Source: Phyllosticta citribraziliensis
Lineage: Eukaryota
Length of the DNA: 64,000 nucleotides
Reading direction: 5' to 3'
NCBI RefSeq assembly: GCF_038025025.1
Contig: NW_027117350.1
Span: 930,001 to 994,000 of the forward strand
Position 1 is the first letter of the stretch; each line of letters begins with the position of its first letter. Below are positions 12,052 to 23,951 of this stretch, one piece after another. The notes below the pieces were generated by a model. It made no database searches. It had not been told where the DNA came from and saw nothing but the letters and a program-made list of their open reading frames with translations. A program made the translations under genes and the position numbers.

Positions 12052-12809
12052 GTGTTGGCGGCGAGAAGGGTGTTTGAGGCATCGATATTGACATCGAGGC
12101 GATTTTCTCTTTCCGTCGACCGTGCGGACGGCTCGTCTGAGGCAGCTGGCGGCGCGGCGGTGTTTTGGTGATGGTGGTGTTGCTGATGGCCGTGGCGCAA
12201 GACCTCAAACGTGCCCGTGTCGCTGTGGAATATGACCTCCTCCTCCTCCCCCTCCCCCTCCCTCTCTCCCTCTCCCTCCCCATCCCACATCCCCTCCATC
12301 ATCCTCCCCGTCGGCACCAGCGGATACAACCCCTCCCCACCTCTCAGCAGCGGCGCCCAATACCCCACCGCGCCGGGCGTCGGGTTCTGATGCAGCGCCG
12401 GGACGAGGAAAAACGGCGTAGCGGCGCACAGCGAGAGGGCGATTTCGGTGGCGATTATTGTGCTGTAGGTTGGTGAGGGGGTGAATGGGGGGCGTGGAGG
12501 CATTGGACGTGTTTGTGCGGTTGGTGTTGGTGTTGCTGCTTTGGGTAGAGATATTGGTGTCGTTGCTTTGGGCAGGAACGGTAACGGTGAGAGGAGAGGT
12601 TTTGAGGGCGGTGCTGCGGCTTGGGAGTGCATTCGTGGTCGTGGTGCGGGTTGTGGTGCCGCCAGTGAAATGTCTATCTCGCGCGCGACGATGCCGCTGT
12701 AGCTGAGATGCCGGGTGTGTTCGGACGTGGAGGTAGGCGGGTGCAGTCGAGGCAGGTGGGCCAGCCTATTGTTGCTTTTGTTGTCGTCCCGGTCAGCGGT
12801 TTGCGGCAT
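11895..12809 (-). CDS. Hypothetical Pro-rich, low-complexity protein with polyQ
   Basis: Single ORF with first ATG at 12809, Q13 and (GE)n tracts. No recognised domain. Confidence 0.45.
12012..12050. repeat. (CTG/CAG)13 trinucleotide microsatellite
   Basis: Perfect CTG x13, encoding Q13 on the minus strand. Confidence 0.95.
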
Positions 12810-14076
12810 GCTAGACACATAGGTTTGTGATGGCGCGAGAGAGACGCACACACGCGGTCGATTCCTTGGTCAATCAACCAGAAGCGGAGCGGGGCGAAGA
12901 GAAGCGTTGCCGGGCGAAACAAAGAGTAGAGCCGTTATTGAGCGACGACCTGCCTGCCTGTGCCTACCAACGAACAACTCTCTTTGCACGGGATGGAGAT
13001 GGGCATGACGGAGGGAGGGAGGGAGGGAGTGAAGACAGGTGAACAGGCGTTGTGATGGCAAGCAAGGCAAGGTAATATTGTGTGCAGCTAATCAAAGCAA
13101 AGCAAACTACTTGCTTGCTTGTCAATCGTCAGCTATCAATCATTCGGCCAAGCAAGCAAGCGAGCGAGATGGATGGAGTTTAGTATGACGCAGTGTCCTG
13201 CCACCAGTACATACCTTATCCATCAGATGTACCGATTACCGTCTCTCTCTGATACATACGAGCTGGTGGCGAGGAGAGCAGAGAGATGTGCTGAGTGTAG
13301 AGAGTGCATCGTCATGGCCAAACCAATCATCGACCTTACAGAGAGGGAGAAGGGAAACCTAACACCATGTCCTCCAAGTCTTCCCCTTGCGGTGCCCTTC
13401 CATATTTTCCCGTCATCCGTGCTCACTGACTTTTACATCACAGAGCACTCCGCCGGCATCTCAACGGTACCTCTGACTCTCCAGCGCTCAATTGCTCACT
13501 CCTCACAAGCGAAGCAAGCATTCCGCAATCTGCTGTCAAATTCGTTCTGGCTCTGTTCTATGGTATGGTGGCGACCGTACCGTGGGTGCCATGTCTGTCT
13601 GTCGATTCTGTCCCATCCCATCCGATCATCCACGCACGCACACACGTGCCATTAGAGACGAAGTAAGCCACCATCTCTCTTTCCAGCCAGACATTGAGTG
13701 AGTGCACTCCCTCCCGGCATGCCAGAGGCCAAACGTGATACACCCGCCTTTCTCTCCCGCTCGTTTGCCATGGCGTGCCAATGGAGTATGCATCGGTCCT
13801 AAGCAAGGCACTGAGGTACTGCACTGTACCAGCCATGCGTAAGTCAGCAAGCGCACGCCGAGACGCAGCAAAGAGCAGCGAGTAGAGCCAACATACCGAC
13901 GGAAAGCCAAAGCAAAAGACGGAGAAAAAAGCCCATGGGGCGTGCCGACGTGCCAAACAAGCGCAGCAACCAGCCGAACAGCGAGAGAGCCAGCCGAAGA
14001 GCAGACACCGGACCAGACCAAACCGAGCCGAGCCGAGCCGAGCGTCCATCCCATCCCATCCCATCTCATTCGACGC

Positions 14077-14931
14077 TCACTCGTCCTCGTGGATCCTGGT
14101 CTCGTTAAAGACGCGCCATTCGAATGGGCTCAGGCGGTCTTGCCCATGGACGTTGCGCAGCACCAGAGAGTTGGAGGGCTGGTGGCGACGGGCGTCCTGC
14201 TGGTGGTGGTGGTGCGAGGTGGAGGTGGCGGTGGTGGCGGCCGGAGGCGCGGCAGAGCGACGGGAGAAGAAAGAGCACTCGTAGTCACCGTCGGAGTACG
14301 ACGGGCGGTACTCTTCGTAGTGGTGGTGGCGGGGGCGGCTCTGGGAGGCTCCGTGTGCTTGTCCGGCGTAGGCGTACGTTTGGGAGGCTCCATGGCCCTG
14401 TCCACCGCTGGCGTACACTTGGGAGCGTTCATGCTCCTGCGGCTGCTGGTGGTGCTGCTGGTGCTGCTGGCCACCCTGGCTCACGTATGCCGCGCTGTCG
14501 ATGCGCTTGGGGAGCTCGCCGACGCCGTACAGGCCGTCGAAGAGATCCGCGTCCGGCGTCAGGGGCAGCGGGACCGACGAGGTCTCAGGCTCAGGCTCGG
14601 GCTCGGGGTCCTGGCCGGGGCACCAGTCCGGCCGCGCGCCAAACTCGGCACGCCAGCTGAAGTCATGGGCGAAGTAGCCGGCGGCAGGGGGCTCGCCGTG
14701 GTCAGGGGCGCGGCGGTGCTGGGCGGGGGTGGCGGGGGCGGCGGTGGTGGCGGTCAAGGTTGAGGACGACGTGGCATTGTCGTCCGGCTGCTCGTAGCGC
14801 GCCAGGTGCCTCATGGCCACGATCTCCTTCGGCTGGGAGGGGACCGGGTGGTGCAGCTCCAGCCGCGGGTCCTTGAACACGACCAAGGCGGTCTCCATGG
14901 TGCGACGGGCGGCGCTGCGTTCGTCGGACAT
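14077..14931 (-). CDS. Hypothetical His/Gln-rich protein
   Basis: ORF from an ATG in CACC context (MSDERSAARRTMETALVVFKDPRL). C/G-ending codons dominate. No recognised domain. Confidence 0.55.
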   Translation of the reverse strand: MSDERSAARRTMETALVVFKDPRLELHHPVPSQPKEIVAMRHLARYEQPDDNATSSSTLTATTAAPATPAQHRRAPDHGEPPAAGYFAHDFSWRAEFGARPDWCPGQDPEPEPEPETSSVPLPLTPDADLFDGLYGVGELPKRIDSAAYVSQGGQQHQQHHQQPQEHERSQVYASGGQGHGASQTYAYAGQAHGASQSRPRHHHYEEYRPSYSDGDYECSFFSRRSAAPPAATTATSTSHHHHQQDARRHQPSNSLVLRNVHGQDRLSPFEWRVFNETRIHEDE

Positions 14932-15702
14932 GGTGTCTGAGGTCGAAAAAGGTGCGAAGTTAGGGGGGCCGAGGGGGAAAAACGCAGAGATGACGATTGA
15001 AAGACGAAAGGTGCGAGTGTGAAGAGGAAGCAAAAGATCGAATCGGCTGGAGAAATAAATGCAGGGCATGACACACAGGCCGCATCGCCGAGGCCTGGTG
15101 GTTGTCGCGTCGACGGCATCTTTGTCGTCGTTCGTCCACTTTGGGACGTCCGTTGTGGTGGTCAGCGCTCAGAACGGCAGCGCACGGCGGGCACCACCCA
15201 GACACCTCCACCAGGAAGGTAGACAGTGCTGCTGTGTGTGCGGATGGGTTGGAGTATTCCCTTTCATGTTCTGTGCTCTTTTGCTCAAGTCTTCTTCTCC
15301 GCCGCGAGAACGTCGTCAGTGTGTGGAGTGCGATCCGCGCGATCCCGCGATCCCCATTGCGATCCCCGCCACGATCCCACCAAGGCTCTTCTGTTCTCTC
15401 ACTATCTCTCCCGTCGTTCTGCCGAGCAGGTCTTTCTTGATGTCCATCTTCTGTTGAGAGCCATTCGTGCCAGTATCCTCTGAACAAAGGGGTTGAAAGA
15501 AATTGTACAGACTGATCTAAGGAAATATATATAAGGGAAAACTCGTGACCACCAGGACGCCAGAGGGACAAATCAAAAGAGGAACAATTGATTTGGCTCA
15601 TGTAGGACACAGAGGTGTAAAAAGTAAAAGATGAAAAGAAAAAGGGATAGGTCCCCCTTGGACCCCTTCCCCTGCCAAGCACTCCCCCTCTTCGACCGCC
15701 TC

Positions 15703-16839
15703 CTACTGAAACATGTCGGCACCATCCCTCTTCCACTCGTCAAGCAACACCATGCACTCGACGGCAGCATCTTCAACAATGCTATCCATCTTGATGTCGT
15801 TGCGATCATAGCCAAACGGATCCTCGAGCTGATGGCCGATGCCGTCGATGCCGTACAGCGTAAAGGCGATCAGGGCGACGATGAGCACGCTCCACCAGCC
15901 AAACTCGTTGACGAGCGAGAACGGCAGCATCGTGTTGTACAGCGCCAGCACCTGCTTCATGTGGATCAGGTGCGCCACGGGGATGGGCGTGTGCCGGATC
16001 GTCTCCATGCGCCCGTACGCCGCTGTGATGCTGTTGAGCTGCACCGACAGCTGCGACGCCTGCGGCCCGTGGAACCACCCGCGCGCAACGCCCCGCCGCA
16101 CGTACGCCTCGCTCATGACGAGCAGCTGCAGTGGCAGGCCAAGGCCGCGGTCTTCGTGTGCATAGAGGTCCGGCGGCAGCAGCGCCGAGAGGTCCGGGTA
16201 GAGTGCGGCTGGTGTTGAGCCTGACAGCGCGTACTCGGCGCGCAGGTTGTGCTTGATGGCGTACAGCACGGCGAGCAGGATGCGGACGGCGCGCTCCGTG
16301 TCGGCGCGCTCGGGGGACGAGGCGTCGCCGGCGAGGAAGGGCGCGTGGCCATTTGCCTTTTGATTGCCCCCTCCCGGCGTCGTCGGGGTGGTCGAAACCA
16401 GCGTGGTGGTCTGGCTGCTGGACAAATCCAAGCTCGCCACAGTAGCCGAGACGAGAAACGAGCGGGTCAAATTGCGGACGGCCGTCGTGCACTCAGTCAG
16501 CAAGTTGCGGCCCGTCCAGAAGCGGTCGTAGCTGGTCTGGTTGCGGAAGACGAGCATGAGCGAGATGACGATGCTGATGCTCGGGATGATGCTGCTGGGC
16601 AGGCCCAGCTCGCCCACGTAGCGGTCCAGGTACACGATGAGCGCGGTGAAGAGGGCGTGCAGGCACACGGGCACGAAGATGTTGCCGTGGATGGCGCCCT
16701 TGATGAAGCGCAGCACCAGCGGCCAGCGCCGCGGCTTGGCTCGCGACGAGTGGAAGAGCGGGTGGGTTGAGGTGCGGCGGTGGTGTCGTGGACGGTCGCG
16801 CGGTAGGTCCCGCGGGAGCATGGTTGGTGGGGGTGACAT
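15703..16839 (-). CDS. Bestrophin-like (UPF0187/YneE-type) anion channel
   Basis: Motifs: ISLMLVFRNQTSYDRFWTGR, METIRHTPIPVAHLIH, LYGIDGIGHQLEDPFGYDRNDI, with about four TM segments. Intronless CDS. Confidence 0.92.
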   Translation of the reverse strand: MSPPPTMLPRDLPRDRPRHHRRTSTHPLFHSSRAKPRRWPLVLRFIKGAIHGNIFVPVCLHALFTALIVYLDRYVGELGLPSSIIPSISIVISLMLVFRNQTSYDRFWTGRNLLTECTTAVRNLTRSFLVSATVASLDLSSSQTTTLVSTTPTTPGGGNQKANGHAPFLAGDASSPERADTERAVRILLAVLYAIKHNLRAEYALSGSTPAALYPDLSALLPPDLYAHEDRGLGLPLQLLVMSEAYVRRGVARGWFHGPQASQLSVQLNSITAAYGRMETIRHTPIPVAHLIHMKQVLALYNTMLPFSLVNEFGWWSVLIVALIAFTLYGIDGIGHQLEDPFGYDRNDIKMDSIVEDAAVECMVLLDEWKRDGADMFQ

Positions 16840-18380
16840 GATGCTGCTCGAGCAATTGGCGTTGTTGTTGCTGCTCTGGGCGGTAGACAATTGAAAGGGG
16901 GGATGGGATGGATGAGAGCAGAGAGTACGGGACTGAGATTGCGTGTGATAGAGAAAGAGAGGCAAAAGCAAAAAGCAAACGTCGAGCAGAGAGCAGTCAA
17001 AGCAACCAGAAAACAAGCAGAAACGTTGTATGTAAGTACCCAGGTCGTCCCGTCCGTCTACTGACGACCCCAGTCTGTTTGAGCAAGCAACCCAGTCAAG
17101 TCAGTAGCTCGCAGCAGCACAGCCGTCGTCTTGGTGGACAGGAGCCGAGAGAGATGGAGGTTGGGTAGAGGAGCGGTGAGCGACAGAGAAGCAAGCCAAC
17201 CAGGCGAGACAATATCGTCGGTCGAGTCAGTTGGATGATCAGTTCTTCAGGCTGAAGAGGCAGACGATGGAGAGAGACGCCTCGATAAGGGTGCCCACAG
17301 CTTGCAGCAGCAGCTAAGCCTAGAGCAGAGCAGAGCAGAGCACAGCAGCGCACCGAAGAATGTTTGGAAACGTGGGGGAGAGGGAAAGGGAACATGGGCC
17401 ACTTGGCGGTGCCGGAGACGTTTCAGCATCGGATCGTGCCCCGCGCCGGCATGTGATGATCGCCATGTCTTTTCTCGCCCTCTCTCAAAAGAATTGAAGC
17501 TATTGTCTGGTGTAACTCATGCTTGATGTTTGTGCGTCGTGTGCGAGCCATGCGGCGCGTGCAGCTGACGGCTGTGCCTGACCCTGCATCTGTGGTTGTT
17601 CTCCTCCTCGAACAGACAAACATTTGCAGCAATGCTTGCGAGTTGGAGACCCCGTCCGTCTACATATACCTACCAATCACCCAAGAGTTCTCTCTCTCTC
17701 CTACTTCACCTTCTCAATCACCTCTACGTACCCTTATCCAGCTCAAGACATTCATAAAGAAATCGAAGCAAAAGAAAACAAGAAAAAATACTGTGTGCCG
17801 CCGCCAGCCACCGAAAGCCCTCACACAATGACCTCGAGGCCCCCTACCCCTGCAATCGCAGACGGTACATTATACTGTACTTACTCGCCATCCCTCCGTC
17901 TGCTGCACCGCTACCCAAAAAGAACGTGTGGCGCCACGCGCGGCAGGGAATGCTGTAAAGCAGCCAAGCCTGTAAGCCCCCCTCTAAAAAGTTTAGTTTG
18001 CATGGCACAGCACCCACCAACCGCACGTCACGACACGACGACACATGCCTCCTCTGCAACAACAACATCACTCGACGAACGTCACTACAGCTTTGGATAA
18101 TCTTGAATCTTTATTCGACTCCTGCCCTGGCCAACTGTCTGTACCTCACGCGCCCAGCAGCTCCCTTCTAACCTTACCATTCTCCCCAGCGCTTTTGCTC
18201 TCTTGTCCCTGATGATGCAGTTTCGTCGTCCAGGTGCCCATGCCCGATAAATGTAAGAAGCAAAATCCCTCCAGCCACCACGACCTCTCCTCGTAGACCA
18301 TTTCTGACCCCTGACACTCGCCGGGTATTCGCATCCACCCTCTTGACCAACACTCATCGCCTCCATCTTCTAACCAATTC

Positions 18381-19908
18381 CTAATACTCCTCCATGTCCT
18401 CGTCGCCGTCAGCCTTGGCCCCTCTCCCCTTGTCCGTCTTGACCCAGTCGACAAACTCGTCGATGACGCCCGGCCACGCCGCGTCCTCGCTCCAGAAGCC
18501 CAGCGTCTCGTCCTGCAGGCTCTTCTCTGCAAAGTTGAACAGCTGCTCCCACATGTCCTTGTTGACGGTGCGCCGCCACTTGCTCTCCAGGAACTCAATC
18601 CACCACTCGAGCCAGGGCGTCGTCGCCGTCGTCCAGTGCAGGCCGCTCGACGAGAAGAGCAGCCGCCAGTACTCGATGGCCTGCTCGAGCGGAATCGCCT
18701 TTTGGCCCGGCGGCCGCGCAATGACGAACGTGTGCTTGTAGACGCGCTTGAGAACGGAGCGCGAGGACGGGTCGTTGAGGGAGCCGCGCAGTTGCGAGAT
18801 GGCCGACTTTTGCTTGTCGAGCGTGTCGGCTCTGGCGATTTTTGAGGGTTAGCTACAGATCACACTTGGACGACGCCTCGAGCTACTACTTACTGGCGAG
18901 CGGACCACCCGTCGACGAAGCCCTTGCGTGTTATCTCACCCATGGTCGGGCTCTGCACCAGCTCCATGGCCACCAGGGCGGCAATGTCGTCCAGCGGCAC
19001 GCCCAGCGCCTCGAGGTACTGCATGGTGCCATCGACGCCAATCGTCTCCTTCTCGGCCGGGTTGTCGAGGTATGTGTCGAATATTCGGTTGAGGTTCGTC
19101 TCGAGAGTCTTGTTGCTCGCGCTGCCGCTCTGGTTGAAGTAACTAGTGCGCATCTTCTTAGTGCCGCTCGTCGACAGCGAGTTGGTGGCCTTGCGGCGCG
19201 GTCGAGACATGGTGGGGTAGAGTGGAGGAGGGTGTTGCTGTTGGGGAAGAAGTGAAGGCAGGTGGATAGATAGGTGCAGCGAGCAGTGGTGGTGGTGGTG
19301 GTGGTGTGCGGTCGGGTAGGGCGAGGAGGAGCACCACGGCGGAGGCGTGCTTGTCGTGGTGTTGGTCTGTCCTTGACGTGGTGCCTTGCCTTGCCTTGCC
19401 TTGCCCGTGGTGTGGTGCAGTTGGCGATGCGGTAGGAGCGACGCGACCAGCACCCAAACCAAAGCCCGCCGCTGCAGTTTCCTCGAAATGAAAAGTGCGC
19501 CCGAATAGGTGGCAACCGCCGCGCATGCAGGAGCTTTGTAATTGTGGAGAGAGCAAGCACCAAGGTGCCTACGATACGCTCTTGTATCTCCCCACCACAT
19601 GAACCTGTCCACGTCCAATTCACCTCGTGCTGTGCGCGGCGGCCATCTCCAAACGACCCCCCAATGCAGTGTGTGTGTATGTGTGGGCTACTACGAAGCA
19701 AGAGGCACGTACCCGTTGATGGCTTGCTCCGCATTCCAGTTGTGGTTCCTCAGAATCTGCGACGGTCAGCAGCGGGCTCGACACGGTCGTGAGGTGGGCA
19801 TCCGCCGAGGGGCAGGCGTACTCGAGCGGCCGTGGTCCGATCGCTGTTTGTGAAGCTCACGACCTGCTGGATGGCAGCCTTTTGCGCGGCCGTGTATGCG
19901 GGAGGCAT
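18381..19908 (-). CDS. DCN1: Defective in cullin neddylation protein Dcn1 (UBA-like + PONY domain)
   Basis: Exons 19908-19822, 19756-19713, 19142-18894, 18831-18381. The UBA-like part is QKAAIQQVVSFTNSDRTTAARILRNHNWNAEQAINGYF. The PONY part includes IGVDGTMQYLEALGV, SPTMGEITRKGFVDGW, VNKDMWEQL, AAWPGVIDEFV. Confidence 0.95.
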
Positions 19909-20588
19909 GGTGAGCTGGCCGGGGCTGCGGAAAGGACTGGGGAGAGCACTCTGCAGGCGGTACGGAGAAGAAGGACGAAGAAACGCAGCGCAACAGAGCA
20001 GCGGAGGGCTGCCGGGATAGCGGCAGTTGGGTTGGTGGTGACAGTGAGTTGCCCCTCGCGGGCGGTGACGCACCGGCTGCTGGTATTTTGATAAGATACC
20101 ATCGGCTCCGAGCTCGCCCCACAAGGATCGGTCCATCTACAAGAACTGAACCATTCATAAACGACAGTCCATTCCTTCTCGCCCGGCATGCGTTCCTCGT
20201 TACCAATGCTCAGACAAAGCAATCATGCCCAAGGAGAGAATAGCAGATATTAGCCCAACCAACATTCCTCTTGCAATGCCATCCCAGACCGACCACCAAA
20301 TGCAATTTCCTCCAGTCAGCCGTGCAAGCGTGCTTGCGTCAAGAACCAAACAAGGAGACTAGCTACGTACAAAGGATACAGCAGACAGAAACGAGATGGG
20401 GAAACGACGGCACAAGGGTGCGTGTAGGGACTTGGTAGAGAATGGAGAGAGGAGTGCTGCTGTGGCGGCAGGGAAATGCTCCATCACGCTGCCCTCCTCG
20501 CTGGTCAAAACTTCAAAACAGCCTTTGCCTCGTGGTATCCACAATAAATCGTACATTGCTCAGACGTCCACACTTCGCCATGCGCTCC

Positions 20589-22950
20589 TTAGTCGCCCAA
20601 GGGCATACCGTCGACCTCCTCGCTCAGCGCGCGCCAGTTGTCGGCCTGCAGTTCGCTGTACTTGACGCGCTCCTGGCTCCAATCCTGGTGGAGGCGACTG
20701 ACGTGGTACATGGACGTCTGGAAAAAGGTGATTTCATCGCGGAGGCATTCCTTGATAAAGACGCCGCGCGCGTGCTGGTTGACAATCGACTGCTTGTCCT
20801 GCGAGGCAATATCCCGTTAGTCTTGAACACGCCATGCCAAAGTGTTGATGATGCTCACCTTCACAATCGCCTCCTCTACCTTTTCTATTTCCCCCGGCTT
20901 GATCAAATTTTCAGGCTTGTTGCGGATCCCCTGCAGCTTGGTTTCGTTCAACTTGATCCGACGCTCCAGTTGCGGGATGTTATCGCGGTCGAGACGATCC
21001 CGGCGGTCAAAGAGGTCGCGCATGCTGACCAGACAGTCCCTCTGCCTCTTCAAGTCTTCCAGCACACCTTCGTCCCATGCCCTAGCCTCATCCTCCAAAA
21101 GACTCTGCGAGGCGTGGAGATGTTTTGCCGTCGAGTTGAGGCCATCATTCAGCAGAGGTACTTCATTGGTGTCGTACGCATACGTGTCGCTCGAAGCCTC
21201 GGTAATGGCTTGCAGCGCGAGGCCAAAGCGTTTGTAGTCGGCAGCCACGCCCTCATTGCGCTTACACAGGCGCTCCATGAGCTGGCAAAGGTTGATGTAC
21301 ATTTCGGCAGAACGGCGTACGCCCATCCTGACCGTGTCGAACATGTCCTGCAGCTGCGGTGGCAGATTCTCTTCGAGCTCGGGTGGCAGAATTCGTCCGG
21401 TAAACTCGTCCTGGACTGAAATGGCCGCCTGCTTTCTCCAGACTGCCAATTCCTACTCATCAGTTAGCACAAGTGCGTTGAGGGAACTAAATGCGTCCGA
21501 CTTCTACCGTAGGGACTGTGAGGAACATTATCACGAGTTGTTCCTGGCTCAGTACAGTGTGCCGGACGAGCGCATTGGCAAAGCGACTCAAGCCCCTTCT
21601 CCGTCTCTCGACAAACTGCGCATCGGCACCAATGTAATTTCCGTTTACTGGGCTGCGTCAGCATCTCACACTTGGGCCTCGCGGAATGCAACTTACTGGC
21701 AGGCCTTTTTGGCGGAAGCAACGGCAACTGACGAAAGGGGTATCTCTTGTGCAAGCAATCCAAAAGCCAAACAAAATCGCTATATCTCCTGACCACGCTG
21801 CTGTTCCTCTTCGCGCTGTTGACCTGGTAGTTGCGGTGTTGGAACAGGAAAATCCCCTCCTTCTCTGGTATCGTGGTGATGGTGATGATGTCGTCTGCTC
21901 CGATGTTCACCACTGGGTTTCCTCCAAGAGACCTCCCCAGGCCCGTGGGATCGTCGTCCCCCTGGCCAGATCCCGCGGGGGCACCAAAACCTTGACCAAG
22001 GCCTTCGCCGCCAAATCCCCCTTCAGGAACACCCCCGTAGCCACTCCACGCGTTCCCAGTATTCCCGTTGGACCCTATATGTTTGGCTTGGTTGCCGTTG
22101 CTGGTATGTTCATCGTCGCCGCCTGCCGTCGTAAAGGCGCTCGTGGTCCTCACGGGCAGAGATTTGACCGCGCCGTTGGGCCTCGGGGGCGTGACGTGAG
22201 AGTGATCGTGGGACTTGTGCATCTCAGGGCTGTTCCAAGGGTCTGCGTCTAGGCCAAAGGAGGTCTTGCGCATGTCGCTGGTGCGACTGGGAGGGGTCAC
22301 TGGCGGTGCCTTTGCAGCTGGCGTGGGCGGCGTGGCGGGGAACTGCGGAGGAGCCGTTTCCATGGCTGTTTCTTGGGCATTTGTTGGTTTGCGGACGTTG
22401 AGGCGCGGTACTGGGAGATCTGAAGGTGGGTGCACTGTGAGACTGCGCTGTCTCAGAAGCGAAATTGAAAGGACTTACTCTTCCTGCGCTCGTCGACCCC
22501 GTCAAGAGTGATGTCCTCGCCCTCTTGCGCCAGCCCTATGAGAGCCAGCACTACATTGAATTCGCCGCGGCCAACTCCTTCGACCGGCTCCTGTCCATTG
22601 GGGAACACGGTTTCTAGGATCTTGCCCTGCGACTGGGGGCCGAGGCCGCTTTCGCTCAGCAGCTTCTTGACGCCTTCAAAGCTCACTGTTCCTTCGTCGT
22701 CGTCTTCGATCAGCGCGTCGTAAACGTCGGCATATCTCTCGGGCACCTCGTTGTTGGATAGCAAGGTCTTGACGAGGTTGTTTCGAGCAGCTCTCTTGGG
22801 GGTAGGCAGAGCCCAAGGAGAATCGGAACCATCTAGGTCATCGGCGAAAAGACTCGAGCCCTTCTTGTCTTGACGCGCTGATTCCTCGTCGAACAGCGCC
22901 GACTGTTTCGCAGGCGGGAGTTCGTCCGGTGACGAGCCGAACAGCGACAT
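20589..22950 (-). CDS. MVP1: Sorting nexin Mvp1 (PX-BAR)
   Basis: Starts MSLFGSSP. Motifs: EH-like GEFNVVLALIGLAQEGEDITLDGVDERR, PX EKEGIFLFQHRNY..VVRRYSDFVWLLDCLHKRYPFRQLPLLPPK, BAR RDNIPQLERRI. Ends VEGMPLGD with stop at 20589-20591. Several short introns. Confidence 0.95.
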
Positions 22951-23951
22951 GGCGGTCAGGACGGGGTCGATGGCCAAGGGACGACGGTTTGGGTGGTGAA
23001 AATGGAGATTGATGTGTGGATGAACAAATCAAGGCTCTGGAGAGTCTCCAGCCTCCAAGGGCAAAACAGATGGGCTCGTCAAGGGTCGTGTGCTCGAGAT
23101 ACAGCGCGGCGCAGCACTCGACCGGCTTGAGGGTCCTACGCAATCGCCGGCCGCTAGGAAGCTCGGGCCAGTTGTTTTTCCAAGCTCACGTCTGTCGCGA
23201 CCCAACCCAACGTCCATCTGACGTGCTGACTCGCTCCGCACGGCAACGCTACCTCCACGTCAAAGTCTTGCGCATTGCTTGATTGATCAAGCCTCTCATC
23301 AAGCAGGTATAAATGCGGTTTGGGTGGAATAGCGCCGCTACCCTCAACGCGACGACAACTAGCCAAGCAATCCTACTCGTCCTGTCTTGCCATCATCAAG
23401 GTACCGTACCTTTTTAAGTCCCCTACCCTTGGACCCGGACGGCACACATACTCTGCGTCACCACAACTCTGCTTTTCCGCTTCAACATGTTGCGGGTCCA
23501 CGTGTTCAAGAAAACAACTGAAACCACTAACGCCGCAGGGCATATCACCAAACTCATGCCGAAAATTTGCTGTGAGGCTAACTTTTCAATTCAACTACGG
23601 CTTGGAACAGCGTCTCGCCTTTTCAACGACTTCAGCCAACCACGGTGTCGCGCCGATTTCCGTGTAGAGATTCTCCCCCTACATACAAAGCCAATCCAAG
23701 GGTATCATTACTTGCAAAAAAACAGAAAAAGGAATAAAATGCTCCATATCCAAGCAAAGACTTGCGCCACCTTGTTGCTCCTGGACGCTGGCCAGGACGT
23801 TTTGCATCAATTGCAAGCGATGAAAAAGTACCCCAAAAACTCCGCTGGCGTGTTGTGGTATAGTGTCCGAGGGTCGTGATTGAACCGCCCTCGTCAAGGT
23901 CGTGGGATCTCGTTTCTATTCGTGATTCGTTCCAGAAATGCATTGCGCTCC

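Noticed and set aside
18890..19618. 242-aa ORF starting MDVDRFMWWG as the DCN1 N-terminus
   Set aside because: The upstream part runs through microsatellites ((CCTTG)n, (GGT)n) and looks non-coding. Only the segment from ATG 19210 has good context and a meaningful motif.
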